This document shows, piece after piece, positions 30,548 to 40,676 of a stretch of DNA of 64,000 nt. Under the pieces are notes generated by a model. The model had not been told where the DNA came from, did no database searches, and worked only from the letters and a program-made list of their open reading frames with translations. The position numbers and the translations under genes were made by a program. Each line of letters opens with the position of its first letter. Position 1 is the stretch's first letter. The stretch comes from Acidobacteriota bacterium (lineage in GTDB: Bacteria; Acidobacteriota; UBA890; WLXD01), in contig CBDBHB010000008.1 of NCBI GenBank assembly GCA_965205505.1, positions 288,001 to 352,000 of the forward strand. The letters are read 5' to 3'.

Positions 30548-31621
30548 TCATCCTACCGGCCTGCGCCGGCGGGATCCGTGATCGCTCGGAAAGACACGCC
30601 CCGCCTGGGGGATCGACGCATCCTCGAGAACCAGCGGGATGACGGTGGCTGCGATCGGTCGTAGCCGCCCTCCACCCGCGGGCTGATGGATGTAGAGCCG
30701 GTCGATACGATCGGCAGTCTCGGGCTTGTCGGCGGTTCCACGAAACAACGGTGACCAAGTGATGCCAGGAGTCTGAACCGGATCCCGATGCAACTGGCGA
30801 AAAGCATCGGCGAACCCTGCATCCGACATCGCTCGACTCACCGGAAGGTCGAGCGCCCGACGGAACCGGAAGACCTTCGCCGCGTCGACGGTCCAATCCA
30901 GGTGTGATGGAGAGTTCCAGTCACCGCCGACGAGCACCGGCACGTCGGCCGCCATGTGGCCCGAAGCGTCCAGGTGTTCGAGGATCGCCGTTGCCTGTCG
31001 CAGCCGCCCGGACCGCTCGGCCTCGTCCTTCAGCAGCGACTCGTCGGACACGTCGGGCTCGTCGCGCAGGTGATACGGCATGTACACGGCGGAGTCGATC
31101 CAGATCGAGTATACGACGAGCGCGCGTCCCCGATCGTCGACGATACGCGCACCGACGCCATGCCAATCATGGTGGAAAAACGTCTCCTCGATCTCGAACC
31201 GCGTAAGCACGCAGAGGTGTCGGCTTCCTCCCTGCCAGGCCTTCCAACCGAGCTCGGTCGCCAGCCAGCGACCGAGCGTCGGCCGACCACCGTCGATGTC
31301 GTAGCTCTCTTGCAGCAGCACAACGTCGGGTTGCACCGAACGGACAACGGCGAGAGTCTTCTCAGGCCCTCGCGTGAACCCGTTCGCGCCGCGCTGGACA
31401 TTCCACACCAACACACGCAAATCACCTTGGCGCGGAACCCTGGCGAGCATCTCGACCGCGGTGTCTGCTTGCCCGCCGGATCCATCGCGCGCAACGGCGG
31501 CGACGGCGACCAGCGCGAGCAACGTGCCCGGGACGATGATCGATCGGCTGAGCATCTTCACGTACCCTTCGTGGAGGATGAAAGCTGTGCCCGAATGGTA
31601 GCGTCCCACGTTATCAATCAC
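30548..31621 (-). CDS. Secreted endonuclease/exonuclease/phosphatase family protein
   Basis: WNV, LLQES, GGDWNSPSHLDW, RIDRLY, PSDH motifs; real start likely near MLSRS; C-terminus after PSDH looks clipped. Confidence 0.85.
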   Translation of the reverse strand: MIDNVGRYHSGTAFILHEGYVKMLSRSIIVPGTLLALVAVAAVARDGSGGQADTAVEMLARVPRQGDLRVLVWNVQRGANGFTRGPEKTLAVVRSVQPDVVLLQESYDIDGGRPTLGRWLATELGWKAWQGGSRHLCVLTRFEIEETFFHHDWHGVGARIVDDRGRALVVYSIWIDSAVYMPYHLRDEPDVSDESLLKDEAERSGRLRQATAILEHLDASGHMAADVPVLVGGDWNSPSHLDWTVDAAKVFRFRRALDLPVSRAMSDAGFADAFRQLHRDPVQTPGITWSPLFRGTADKPETADRIDRLYIHQPAGGGRLRPIAATVIPLVLEDASIPQAGRVFPSDHGSRRRRPVG

Positions 31622-31641
31622 CCCGATGCCGGAGAACCCAC

Positions 31642-32928
31642 ATGCGCCGAGGCAAGAAGCTGACCCGTGTCTTAACCGCCATGCCCGCGTGGCTCTGCGT
31701 TACGGCGGTTCTGATGACCGGCTGCGCCGCTCCGGACGATGGCGGGGGCGCGGCGGTAACCGCGTTCCATGGAGCGCGCCTGATCACGGGAGATGGCGCA
31801 GTGATCGAGGACGCGGTGTTCCTGGTGGAGAACGACCGTTTCACGGACGTCGGCACGCCGGCGGACGTCGAGATTCCCACCGGTGCCACCCGTGTCGATC
31901 TCAGCGGCAACACCGTCATGCCAGCGATCGTCAACGCGCACATGCACTTGGCACCCGAGCGATCCGAACGCACCTCTCAGCTCCAGCACGTGGCGTACTA
32001 CGGGGCCGGCGCCGTCGTCAGCCTCGGCCACGACAGCGGTGACGCGCCGTTCGAGATGCGGGACGAGATCGTGCCCGACGGCGCCCGGTCTCGTACCGCC
32101 GGGCGAGGGATCACGTCGCCGGAGCCCGGGCGGTCGGAAGTCCCCTTCTGGGTTACCTCCGAGGAAGAGGCGCGCGCCGCCGTGCAGGAGCTGGCCGCCC
32201 AAGAGGTCGATATCGTCAAGATATGGGTCGATGATCGCAGCGGCCAATACGACAAGCTCTCCCCCGCCCTCTACGGTGCGATCATCGACGAAGCCCACCA
32301 GCACGGGTTGATGGTCACCGCTCACGTCTTCACCCTCGAGGATGCAAAGGGCCTCCTTCGCGCCGGGGTCGATGTGTTTGCCCACGGCATCCGTGACCTG
32401 GACGTCGACGACGAGCTGGTGGCGCTCTGGACCGAGCGTCCGAACGTGGTCCTGGTACCGAATCTCCCTAGCCCGGGAGTGGCGCTCGACCTCGAGTGGT
32501 TGAGCGGAACGGTACCGTCGGCCGAGTTGCAGCAGATGCAGGCAGCTTCCGTAGATCGCCCAGCTGCCCAGGAGGCTTTCGGGATTCAGGGCCGGAATCT
32601 GGCAAGGCTCAGCGCCGTCGGCGTGAAGATCGCGTTCGGCACCGATGGGAGTGCCGCGTGGGCGCCCCACCAGGAGATGGAGGACATGGTGAGGTCGGGA
32701 CTGTCCACCGCCGACGTCATCGTGGCGGCCACCAGCAGCTCCGCAGAGCTCATGGGTTGGGATGATCTAGGAACAGTGGCGGCCGGAAAGAGCGCCGACT
32801 TCATCGTCCTGGACGCCAACCCCCTCGAGGACATCACCCACACAAGGCGGATCTCATCGGTTTACCTGCGCGGCGCGCAGATCGACCGGCAGTCGATCGG
32901 GACGCGTCTCAGGAGCGAGACGCCTTAG
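31642..32928 (+). CDS. Amidohydrolase family lipoprotein
   Basis: LMTGC lipobox; NAHMH, IVK, TAH, FAHG, FGTD, GKSADFIVLDANPL. Confidence 0.9.
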   Translation: MRRGKKLTRVLTAMPAWLCVTAVLMTGCAAPDDGGGAAVTAFHGARLITGDGAVIEDAVFLVENDRFTDVGTPADVEIPTGATRVDLSGNTVMPAIVNAHMHLAPERSERTSQLQHVAYYGAGAVVSLGHDSGDAPFEMRDEIVPDGARSRTAGRGITSPEPGRSEVPFWVTSEEEARAAVQELAAQEVDIVKIWVDDRSGQYDKLSPALYGAIIDEAHQHGLMVTAHVFTLEDAKGLLRAGVDVFAHGIRDLDVDDELVALWTERPNVVLVPNLPSPGVALDLEWLSGTVPSAELQQMQAASVDRPAAQEAFGIQGRNLARLSAVGVKIAFGTDGSAAWAPHQEMEDMVRSGLSTADVIVAATSSSAELMGWDDLGTVAAGKSADFIVLDANPLEDITHTRRISSVYLRGAQIDRQSIGTRLRSETP

Positions 32929-32997
32929 CAGGCCGCCTTGCATCTGGCCCCAACTCGCCGTAACCAGACCCACCACACTTTCACAGCGGCCTGCTAG
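32925..32997. repeat. 73-bp internally deleted derivative of the MITE-like element
   Basis: Reverse complement of 19380-19448; TAGCAGGCCGC...GCGGCCTGCTAG ends; TAG is the amidohydrolase stop. Confidence 0.85.
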
Positions 32998-33160
32998 GCT
33001 AGCATCACCACCGGCATGGACGAAAACCTAACCACAGCGACCCGGATGTCCGTTGGTGCCCGAGGCCCTGCGGTGCCGAGCTTCCGGATAAGATGTGCCG
33101 CCGATGCACGAGCCTTCCACCGGTCAATGCCACGAGAGGACGCACTTGACGCGAGCGAGA

Positions 33161-33538
33161 ATGAAACGACCGGCAGCTTTGCTGGGTCTAGCCGTGCTGC
33201 TCCCGCAGCTCACCGGGTGCTACAACACTCAGGTGCTCCGAGTGGCACCACCCTCGGCCGAGGATTCCCAACAAATCAGCAACGTTGTGGGGGTCACCAC
33301 GATCGAGAACCAGGAGGTGTCCTTCGTACGATCTGGTGAGGTTCGGGACGAGACCGTGTACGGCACGATCGAAACCAGCTCCGCCACGGGGACCGTCCTG
33401 ACGCCCTACGAGATCGCAGTGTCACAGGTTGCACGTCTGTGGCTGGAAGAAAGAGAGCTTGAATGGGCCCGCCTGCTTACGGGCATCGCTGTAATAGCCG
33501 GCGCGGTCCTTGCGGTCTTGATCGATCCTGTCGATTGA
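33161..33538 (+). CDS. Hypothetical lipoprotein with C-terminal TM helix
   Basis: MKR + hydrophobic stretch + LTGC; C-terminal LLTGIAVIAGAVLAVLI. Confidence 0.65.
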   Translation: MKRPAALLGLAVLLPQLTGCYNTQVLRVAPPSAEDSQQISNVVGVTTIENQEVSFVRSGEVRDETVYGTIETSSATGTVLTPYEIAVSQVARLWLEERELEWARLLTGIAVIAGAVLAVLIDPVD

Positions 33539-33799
33539 GCCGTGTCCCGCGCTTGTCGAGAGCGTCGGCGAGGCTGGCCGCCATTACCCTGGCGGCGCTG
33601 TGCATCGCAGCGTGGCCCCAGCCGGCGCCAGCTGCTGACGAAAGGCGCGCATATACGGTCTTGGAGGATCGATACTGAGGTGGCTAGCCGGCTGACGGAT
33701 CGCCGGATCATGTCCTCGCTCGCGCGAGTGCCCGAGTGGGCCGGCTCTTCGGAGAAAACTACGCTTTCCTGGCGATCGAGACCGATGCGAGCAACCTGG

Positions 33800-33978
33800 C
33801 TGCGGGCGATGTCACGGAGATCGAAGGAACCGACGTGACGTTGGCGACGCCAGCGGGCGAGGAGCGCATCGGTATCGACGATGTCTTCGTCTTCATCGGG
33901 GGCGAGCTCCCTTTCCCGCTGTTACAGCGTATCGGGATCCGCTTCGGCGGCGACGACGCCACACCGGACAATCGCTGA
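33800..33978 (+). pseudogene. C-terminal remnant of a thioredoxin-reductase-like FAD oxidoreductase
   Basis: VTEIEGTDVTL...DDVFVFIGGELPFPLLQRIGI with no N-terminal domains. Confidence 0.5.
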
Positions 33979-34023
33979 GGCGCCGACTGCGACGCAGCCA
34001 GCGTGTCATTACCCCGAAATCAT

Positions 34024-34051
34024 TTAGCAGAGTTCTTCAGCACCCTGCTAG
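34024..34051. repeat. 28-bp minimal remnant of the MITE-like family (52-kb subtype)
   Basis: TTAGCAG+AGTTCTTCAGCACCCTGCTAG, matching 52208-52228; supplies the stop of the minus-strand gene. Confidence 0.75.
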
Positions 34052-35062
34052 AGGAACGCGTTGAGGCGAATCCGTTGGCTGAACTGAGGTCGGTCCTGCC
34101 TACGTGCCGATTGCACGTCGCGCTCGCAGGTGTGGACGGCAATCGTGTCTGCACCGGTGACGCTCGCGCTGGCACCCCAACGGAGACTTGCCCCTCTCGC
34201 GCATCTGAGGCGCAACCTGTCGAGCTTTACCAGCAGGCGGTCGCCGGGCGCGTTCATGTCGAGGTGATACACGTCGACCAGGTCGCGGAGCGAGGGGGCG
34301 GACCTCGGTCGAGTACTGCGGAAATGCCGACGACGACGCACCGAGATCGCACTCTGCGCCAGTCCGACGAAAAACACCTTTCCGCGAGTGTCCGACAGCA
34401 GGGAGATGCTGTTCGGGTAGCCGATCCAATCACTCGCGTCCACACGCCTGTTGTAGATCCCGTGCAGCCAGAACATGCACAACGGATCGCCGAGAACGAG
34501 ATTCGGCGGTTGTTCGGTACACCTCTACGATATCGCCTCTCGGGTGCGTGACCGCGGCCAGCACGTAATACTCGCCGGTATTGTCGTGTGTTGTCGTAAC
34601 TCCCACGCAGTAGGGCTTCCTCGACATGCGCAAGCTGCGAACAACTCGGAGCGCATTGTTGACGTCGCGAAACTGCACCTCGTAGTCGGTCCCCCTGTTT
34701 GGGTAGGTGGGGACCGCCACGTAGTGACCGATCGCCTGAATGCCTCCGGGGTGGCCATTGGTCGCCAGGGGCACAGCCGGATCTTGCACAACATACAGCG
34801 CGTCGTCGACGCGGCGCGCCGTGAAGAGGTTGCCGCCCTTCACACTGGTCGATAGCACCAGCCGGTCGCCGCATGTGGTCACCCCCTGCAAATGCTTGGT
34901 CTTCAGCACCTTCCCGGAGGCGGGAATCTGGGATCCACCAGACCGTGCTCTGACCTCCACGTTGGTTCGCGCGCCGAGCTTGCGGAGGGCAGGAACGATC
35001 GCGGGCGCGCCGGTGGTGGTGGCCGTGAGCTTCGGGTTCTTCTCTCGAATCGGTATCGGCAT
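34048..35062 (-). CDS. Hypothetical protein, frameshifted near 34497
   Basis: ORFs 34430-35062 and 34048-34482 join as ...TAESR/LGDPLCMFWLHG; HLQG and HPGGIQAIG motifs; AGGAG RBS. Confidence 0.6.
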
Positions 35063-35215
35063 AGCGTGTCTCCTGGCAGCTCCTCACAGACAGGAGGCGT
35101 CGCATCGTCATCCAGGTCACCGTCGATCACCGTGTAGGCGAGCCCCTCCTCGACCACGAGTTCCTCGGAAGACGTTTCTAGGTTCGTGACAGCGTGCAGG
35201 GTAGCGGCAGTCCGT

Positions 35216-36148
35216 CTACCAGCTGACGTACTTGTACATCAGTCGGATCAGCTTGTAGCCCTCGGTCATGTTGCGAGCCGTGTACTCGACGGTCGTACCG
35301 TCGACGCGTTGCATGTCGGGCACCGCCTGCAGGATGTCGGCGCGGGTGGTGGTCGCGAAGCGCACTCGGACAACCGTAGGCTCGTCGGGAACGAGGGGGG
35401 ACATCGAAGATAGGTTGGCGAGCGCGTCGAGGGTTGCAACGCGGAGCCTCTCGCGAACCACCGCCGGGTGATCGAGGCGCGCCACTTGAGCGCCGATCGC
35501 CTCCTTGGTGGCCACGGTGCGGGTGCCCGGGCCGACCAAACTCGAGAACTGCCTGGTGAAGACGAGATCGCCCGAAGCCACAATCACCGGGACCCCGTGG
35601 GAGCCAGCGTAGTAGGCGTTCATGCCGCCTTCTCCCACTTCGACCCCGTTAACCCACAACCCCTTGACCGAGCCCGATCCCGTGTGGGCGAGGAAGCCCC
35701 CTTCGGTGCGCGCCCGGGCGTGATAACCGATGAAGATCGCCGCGTCGAACGAGCCGTCGAGCCCCTGCACCATGCCGAGCGGCTTGTTGTTGCCTTGAAT
35801 GTATTCGACGCGCGGATCGAGACTCATGTGGAGCAGGTTCTGCATGCTGCCATGTGAATCGTTGACCAGGATCTCGGCCGGCCCATGCTCGAAGATCGCC
35901 GCAGCAACGGTGTTGATCTCTTCGGTCATGAGCTCCTGACCGAGCCCGTAGCCCCTGCTTCCGGCGCTGGTCATGGCGCTCGTGCCGATGCCGCCGATCC
36001 CCTCCATATCGACTGAGATGAAGACCTTGAGCGATGCTTGCGCTCCGACTGCCGCACCTGAATAGGCGGCAGCCAGCAGCGCAACCGCGAGCGCGATCCG
36101 GGTCGTGCGCACCCCAGTGCTTTGCCTCATGTCGTCGCTCTCCTCCAT
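35216..36148 (-). CDS. M55 family D-aminopeptidase (DppA-like) with signal peptide
   Basis: FISVDMEG, VNDSHG, GYHAR, LAHT, SGD motifs. Confidence 0.92.
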   Translation of the reverse strand: MEESDDMRQSTGVRTTRIALAVALLAAAYSGAAVGAQASLKVFISVDMEGIGGIGTSAMTSAGSRGYGLGQELMTEEINTVAAAIFEHGPAEILVNDSHGSMQNLLHMSLDPRVEYIQGNNKPLGMVQGLDGSFDAAIFIGYHARARTEGGFLAHTGSGSVKGLWVNGVEVGEGGMNAYYAGSHGVPVIVASGDLVFTRQFSSLVGPGTRTVATKEAIGAQVARLDHPAVVRERLRVATLDALANLSSMSPLVPDEPTVVRVRFATTTRADILQAVPDMQRVDGTTVEYTARNMTEGYKLIRLMYKYVSW

Positions 36149-36192
36149 GTGATCGGATCCGCGGTCATGGGCCGCGACCCTGTCAAGTTCAC

Positions 36193-38592
36193 CTACGCGC
36201 CCGCGGCCTCGAGCGCGGCGAGCACACGCTCGTCTCGAAAGGGCGCTCGGCGAAGACGGACGCCGGTCGCATCGTGGATGGCGTTGGCGACCGCCGCGAC
36301 CATCGGTTTGCAGACCGCCTCGCCGGCTCCGTAGGGCGGCAGATCAGACCGGTCCGGATTGGGATCACCGTTGACCAGCACCACCTCAATCTCGTCCGGC
36401 GTGTCGGTGTGCCTGAGGCTTGGATGAGACAACCAGTCCACGCTCGTGACCTTTTCGGTGTCGAACTGCACCTCCTCATGGAGCGCACGGCTAAGCGAGT
36501 GCAACATCCCACACTCGATCGTGCGACGCAGACCCTCTGGGTTGACGACCAACCCGCAGTCGTGTGCGCAGACGAGCCGCTTCACCCACACGTGTCCCGT
36601 CTCACGATTCACCTCGACCTCGGCAATCTCGGCGACGATCGTCTGGCTACGGAAGGAGTACGCGATCCCGCGTCCCGTCAGAATCGTTCCCGTTCCACGC
36701 AGTTTCGGCGAAGGCCGCGTGTCCCAGCCATAGGCAGCAGCAGCCGCACGAACTACCGCGACCGAGCGCGCCCGTCTGAACCCGCTGTCATCGTCGGTGC
36801 TGCCGCTGAGCAGATTCAGCCGGAACTCGACCGGGTCGGCGTTGGTCGCTGCCGCCAGCTCGTCGATGAACGATTCGGAGGCAAACGTGACTTGCGGTCC
36901 GTTGGGATCCCGGAGGTTGCCGGTTCGAAGCGGCGTTTCCCAAATCAAGGGAAGCCGAACTACTTGAGCCGTCGTGCGCCGGTGCGGAATGGCATACATC
37001 TCGGACGGCGTCGAAGCGCGACCCCTGTTCGGCGTTGCGAGCCGCGTCCCCATGAGTTGTGAGATCAAGACCGTCTCGACCTCGTTGTACCCGACGTGGT
37101 TGTAGTCGGCACTTTGCGCGTCGTACTCCAATGCGACCAGCTTGCCCTGAGTGTCGAGTGCTGCACGCAACCTGAACGTGAACGCCGGCCCCTTCGTATC
37201 CCAGGCCGTTTCCTCGTCCCTCATCCACTGCATGCGAACCGGCCGGCCGATCTCTTTGGCCAGGAATGCGGCCTCGAAGCCCGCATCGTCGGCGGCCGTT
37301 CGGCCGTACGCTTGGGAACCTTCCATCCAGACGACGCGCACCCGGTCCCTGGGCATGCCGAGGAACTCGGCGATGCCGTTCCGCATGCCGTAGGACTTCA
37401 TGTCGTTGGAGTAGATCGTCATCTGATCGTCGGACGGGTCGGCCAGAGCATGAGCTGGACCGAAGGCCGTGTGTCCCTGGAACGGGAAGTCGTACTCGGC
37501 CTCGATTAGCTGTGCGGCGCCGGCGAGCGCCGCTTCGGGATTTCCCACCACGTCCGGATCGTTGCTCGAGGTGGGCGTCGCGCTGCGCATATATGCATAC
37601 AATTCGTCGGACGTCGGGAACGGCGCGGCCGGCGGTTTGTCCCAGTCCGCCTGCAGCCGTCTTGCGGCGTCGATCGCCTGCTCTTCCCGCTCGCAAACCA
37701 CCGCCACGTAGTTACCCCTGCTGACCACTCGGATGAATCCCGGCAGGTCTGTTACGGACGACTCATCGATGCCGCGCAGTGCGGCGCCCACAACCGGCGG
37801 CCTGACGTTGCGCGCATGAACCATCCCGGGCAGCGTGACATCCACTGCCCAGGTCAACGACCCGTCTACCTTCGGGGGAATGTCGTAGCGCTGCGGCGAT
37901 TGGCCGACGATCCGGAGATCCTCCACCGGCTTGACGTCAGCCAGTCCTGAGATCGCGTTGACATCGCGTCCCGTCAGCGTGACATTGAACCGCCGCTCGC
38001 CGACCAAATCCGCGTAGGTGACCGTCTTGGAGGCGTCTGATCTCAACGCGATCACCGCATCACTGACGTCGAGCTGCTCGACCGGCACCTCGAACCGCTC
38101 GGAAGCCAGTTCCAGCAGGACGCGCCGGGCCTCGGCGGCGACACGCCGCATCGGCCAGCCGTCTCTCTGTATCGCATCAGATCCGCCCGAGCCGCCCTGG
38201 TCGGGCGTGACGTCGGTGCTACCCATGACGAGGCTGGTTTTGTCGTACGCGATATCCAGCTCGTCGGACATCATCTGCCGAAATGCCGTTCCGGTGCCTT
38301 GACCACAATCCGTCTTTCCTACGTAGAAAGTCGCTGTGTTGTCGCCATGAATCACGACCCAGGTATCGAGCTGCATGAAGTCGGGGTCGGGATAGGGGCC
38401 CACCGCCTGGGCCAGGGCTGATTCGCCGCCGCCGGCCACCGCCGTGAGTGAGTCGGCGCCCGTGACCGCCGTCGCGCTGAAGCTCACGACAAGAGCGCCC
38501 GAAGTCTTGAGGAAGTCCCTCCGAGAGGTCGAAGGGCTCAGGTTCTCCAATACGTCTTTGACGGCTTTCGGAACGTTCGTGAAGATTGTCAT
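36193..38592 (-). CDS. Tat-exported molybdopterin oxidoreductase large subunit (xanthine oxidase family, IorB/nicotinate dehydrogenase-like)
   Basis: SRRDFLK; GKTDCGQG, QGGSGGS, ESFIDELA, AHDCG, GAGE motifs. Confidence 0.9.
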   Translation of the reverse strand: MTIFTNVPKAVKDVLENLSPSTSRRDFLKTSGALVVSFSATAVTGADSLTAVAGGGESALAQAVGPYPDPDFMQLDTWVVIHGDNTATFYVGKTDCGQGTGTAFRQMMSDELDIAYDKTSLVMGSTDVTPDQGGSGGSDAIQRDGWPMRRVAAEARRVLLELASERFEVPVEQLDVSDAVIALRSDASKTVTYADLVGERRFNVTLTGRDVNAISGLADVKPVEDLRIVGQSPQRYDIPPKVDGSLTWAVDVTLPGMVHARNVRPPVVGAALRGIDESSVTDLPGFIRVVSRGNYVAVVCEREEQAIDAARRLQADWDKPPAAPFPTSDELYAYMRSATPTSSNDPDVVGNPEAALAGAAQLIEAEYDFPFQGHTAFGPAHALADPSDDQMTIYSNDMKSYGMRNGIAEFLGMPRDRVRVVWMEGSQAYGRTAADDAGFEAAFLAKEIGRPVRMQWMRDEETAWDTKGPAFTFRLRAALDTQGKLVALEYDAQSADYNHVGYNEVETVLISQLMGTRLATPNRGRASTPSEMYAIPHRRTTAQVVRLPLIWETPLRTGNLRDPNGPQVTFASESFIDELAAATNADPVEFRLNLLSGSTDDDSGFRRARSVAVVRAAAAAYGWDTRPSPKLRGTGTILTGRGIAYSFRSQTIVAEIAEVEVNRETGHVWVKRLVCAHDCGLVVNPEGLRRTIECGMLHSLSRALHEEVQFDTEKVTSVDWLSHPSLRHTDTPDEIEVVLVNGDPNPDRSDLPPYGAGEAVCKPMVAAVANAIHDATGVRLRRAPFRDERVLAALEAAGA

Positions 38593-39101
38593 CCGACCAC
38601 CTCAGGCGCGATGGCCGGTCCGCTGGTCGGTCCGCCGGACGGGGCCCCGCGCGCGACACGCTTGATCGCCGCTTGGACCCGGTAATACGTCATGCACCGA
38701 CACAGGGCTAGGGCCATCCCCTGGCGAATCTCGGCATCCGTCGGATTCGGATTTCGGTCCAGCAGGGCCTTGGCGGTCATGATCTGCCCGTTCTGGCAGA
38801 AGCCGCACTGCGGAACCTGCTCGTCGATCCACGCCTGTTGCACAGGATCCAGCGTCCCGTTCTTGGCGAGGCCTTCGAGCGTCGTTATCTCGCCGCTGAC
38901 CCGAGACGTGAGCGTGACACACGACCGAGTCGCCACGCCATCGATGATCACCGTGCACGCCCCGCACTGCCCGAGCCCACACCCGAACCGCGGCCCCCGC
39001 AAGCCGAGATCGTTTCGCAGGACATAGAGCAGCCGAGTCGACGGATCGATGTCCACCGTGTGTGTTGCACCGTTCACATGCAATGTGACGTTGCTCATCA
39101 T
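38589..39101 (-). CDS. (2Fe-2S)-binding small subunit of the molybdo-oxidoreductase
   Basis: FGCGLGQCGAC, QCGFCQNG, LCRC. Confidence 0.94.
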   Translation of the reverse strand: MMSNVTLHVNGATHTVDIDPSTRLLYVLRNDLGLRGPRFGCGLGQCGACTVIIDGVATRSCVTLTSRVSGEITTLEGLAKNGTLDPVQQAWIDEQVPQCGFCQNGQIMTAKALLDRNPNPTDAEIRQGMALALCRCMTYYRVQAAIKRVARGAPSGGPTSGPAIAPEVVG

Positions 39102-39357
39102 CCATGCTCCTGGGCGTAGTATTTCATTGCTCTCTGCGAGCATCTTAGCGAAATAGCGGCGCTGCTTGGAGGCCCGCCGAAGCCGGCTCTCTTTTTTCGC
39201 GTGTGCCCGCCAGGCAGCTAGCGTCTCAGCCGAGTCTCGCGAAATGGCTACTCCCTTGGACCCTCGCCGGCTCCGGCGATAGGCTTCAGGCACTCACGAC
39301 AGCACCGCTGCACGTGGACCGACAACCCCGTCGGCGCCACCGCTCAAGGAGAACACC

Positions 39358-39937
39358 ATGAGGTTGATGCGCGTTCCCGTCATACCAGTCGCCGTCGCCT
39401 TGGCGGCCCTACTTGTGGCGGTTCCGAGCGGTGGAGAAGTCGTGCCTGAGGATTCCGCACCGCAGGTGGTCAACGTCTACGCGTCGAACCCGGCGTCGGA
39501 GATTTCCGCGCCGACCGCGCACATTAACTCTGCACAGGTTGGCTGGGAGAACGTCGGCGCCATCACGCGCTGGAATACGGTCATTGGCGGCGACTCGATT
39601 CCCGACGACGACATGCAGGTAGGCCTCTGGGAGCTTGCGCCGCGGGCGATCTACGCCGGTCACGTTCACCCGGTACCGGAATTCTACGTCGTCCTCGACG
39701 GGCAAGCGGAGTGGACCCTCGGCACCGACACCTTCGTCGCCGAGCCGGGCGAGGTGGTCTACATCGCCCCGAATACGATGCACCGGATGGTGAACCTGAC
39801 AGACGATCTGGTGCGGGCGGTCTGGGGCCGCTGGGCTCCCGACGGCGACCGCAGCGTGTTCGAGGGCGAGTTATCGGTTCGTGGAGCCGATTCCGGAACA
39901 ACCGCCCGAGGCAGTGTTCCCGGAGTCTGGGCAGTAG
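39358..39937 (+). CDS. Secreted cupin-domain protein; probable frameshift near 39871
   Basis: Signal peptide; HVHPVPEFY and PNTMH cupin motifs; a shifted frame gives YRFVEPIPEQPPEAVFPESGQ-stop and removes the overlap with the next gene. Confidence 0.75.
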
Positions 39938-40007
39938 GCTGCGCTATCGATGGCAAAGCTGTCTCGATGCAGGGGTCGTTCGATGCCCGGCGAGGACTGC
40001 AGCACTC

Positions 40008-40589
40008 CTATCCGCCGGGAAGCTGCCAGTTCCTTACTGCGTCGAGCGGGCGAATCAGCATCAGGATGTTGAGCAGCAGGCTGTCGCGGATCCACAAGAT
40101 CAGCAGGGCTTCGATAGCGAAGAAGCCACCGACGGAGGCCCAGGTCGGGATCGCGGCAGCCAGCGCGTAGCCGATGCCGCACGCGGCGATATCAGCCAGC
40201 GAGTTGACGATGCTGTCGCCGTAGTAGTCGAGCGAGATCGTCGATTCGCGATAGCAATCGATCATGTATGGCGTGTTCTCGAAGACCTCCCAGACGGTCT
40301 CGACTCCCAGCGTCACGACGAAGCGCCCGGCGTGCGACAGCCTCGTGCCGACGATCAGCCACAGCAGCCCGTAGAACGCCACCCCGTGGAGTACATGCGT
40401 CAGCGTGTAGGGGTCGGCAAGATGCTGCGAGTTGTGCATGCTCCAGATGTCGGCCGAGAACAGCTGCGCTTGTCCGCCCTCGCACCAGACGACCCGCCCC
40501 ATGGCGCCGAGCGCCAGGGCGGCGCCGACGAAAAGCGATGCCACTGCTACCACCTTGGACAAGGTGACGTCGGCGTGGAGCTTGCGCAT
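40008..40589 (-). CDS. DUF2585 (UPF0314) family membrane protein
   Basis: MGR...C, HNSQHLADPYT.THVLHG, WEVFENT, YYGDSIVNS, IRDSLLLNILML. Confidence 0.88.
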   Translation of the reverse strand: MRKLHADVTLSKVVAVASLFVGAALALGAMGRVVWCEGGQAQLFSADIWSMHNSQHLADPYTLTHVLHGVAFYGLLWLIVGTRLSHAGRFVVTLGVETVWEVFENTPYMIDCYRESTISLDYYGDSIVNSLADIAACGIGYALAAAIPTWASVGGFFAIEALLILWIRDSLLLNILMLIRPLDAVRNWQLPGG

Positions 40590-40676
40590 TGACTCACCGG
40601 AATCGGTTGCAGTCACCGTGACGCGAGGTTCCGGCTGATCTTACGATGGGCTTCACGCGCTCATTCTGGTAGCGCC

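Noticed and set aside
29967-30551. Minus-strand membrane-like ORF beginning MNPMFFW
   Set aside because: Runs into the Fn3 gene and has no recognisable family; may be a gene fragment but cannot be supported
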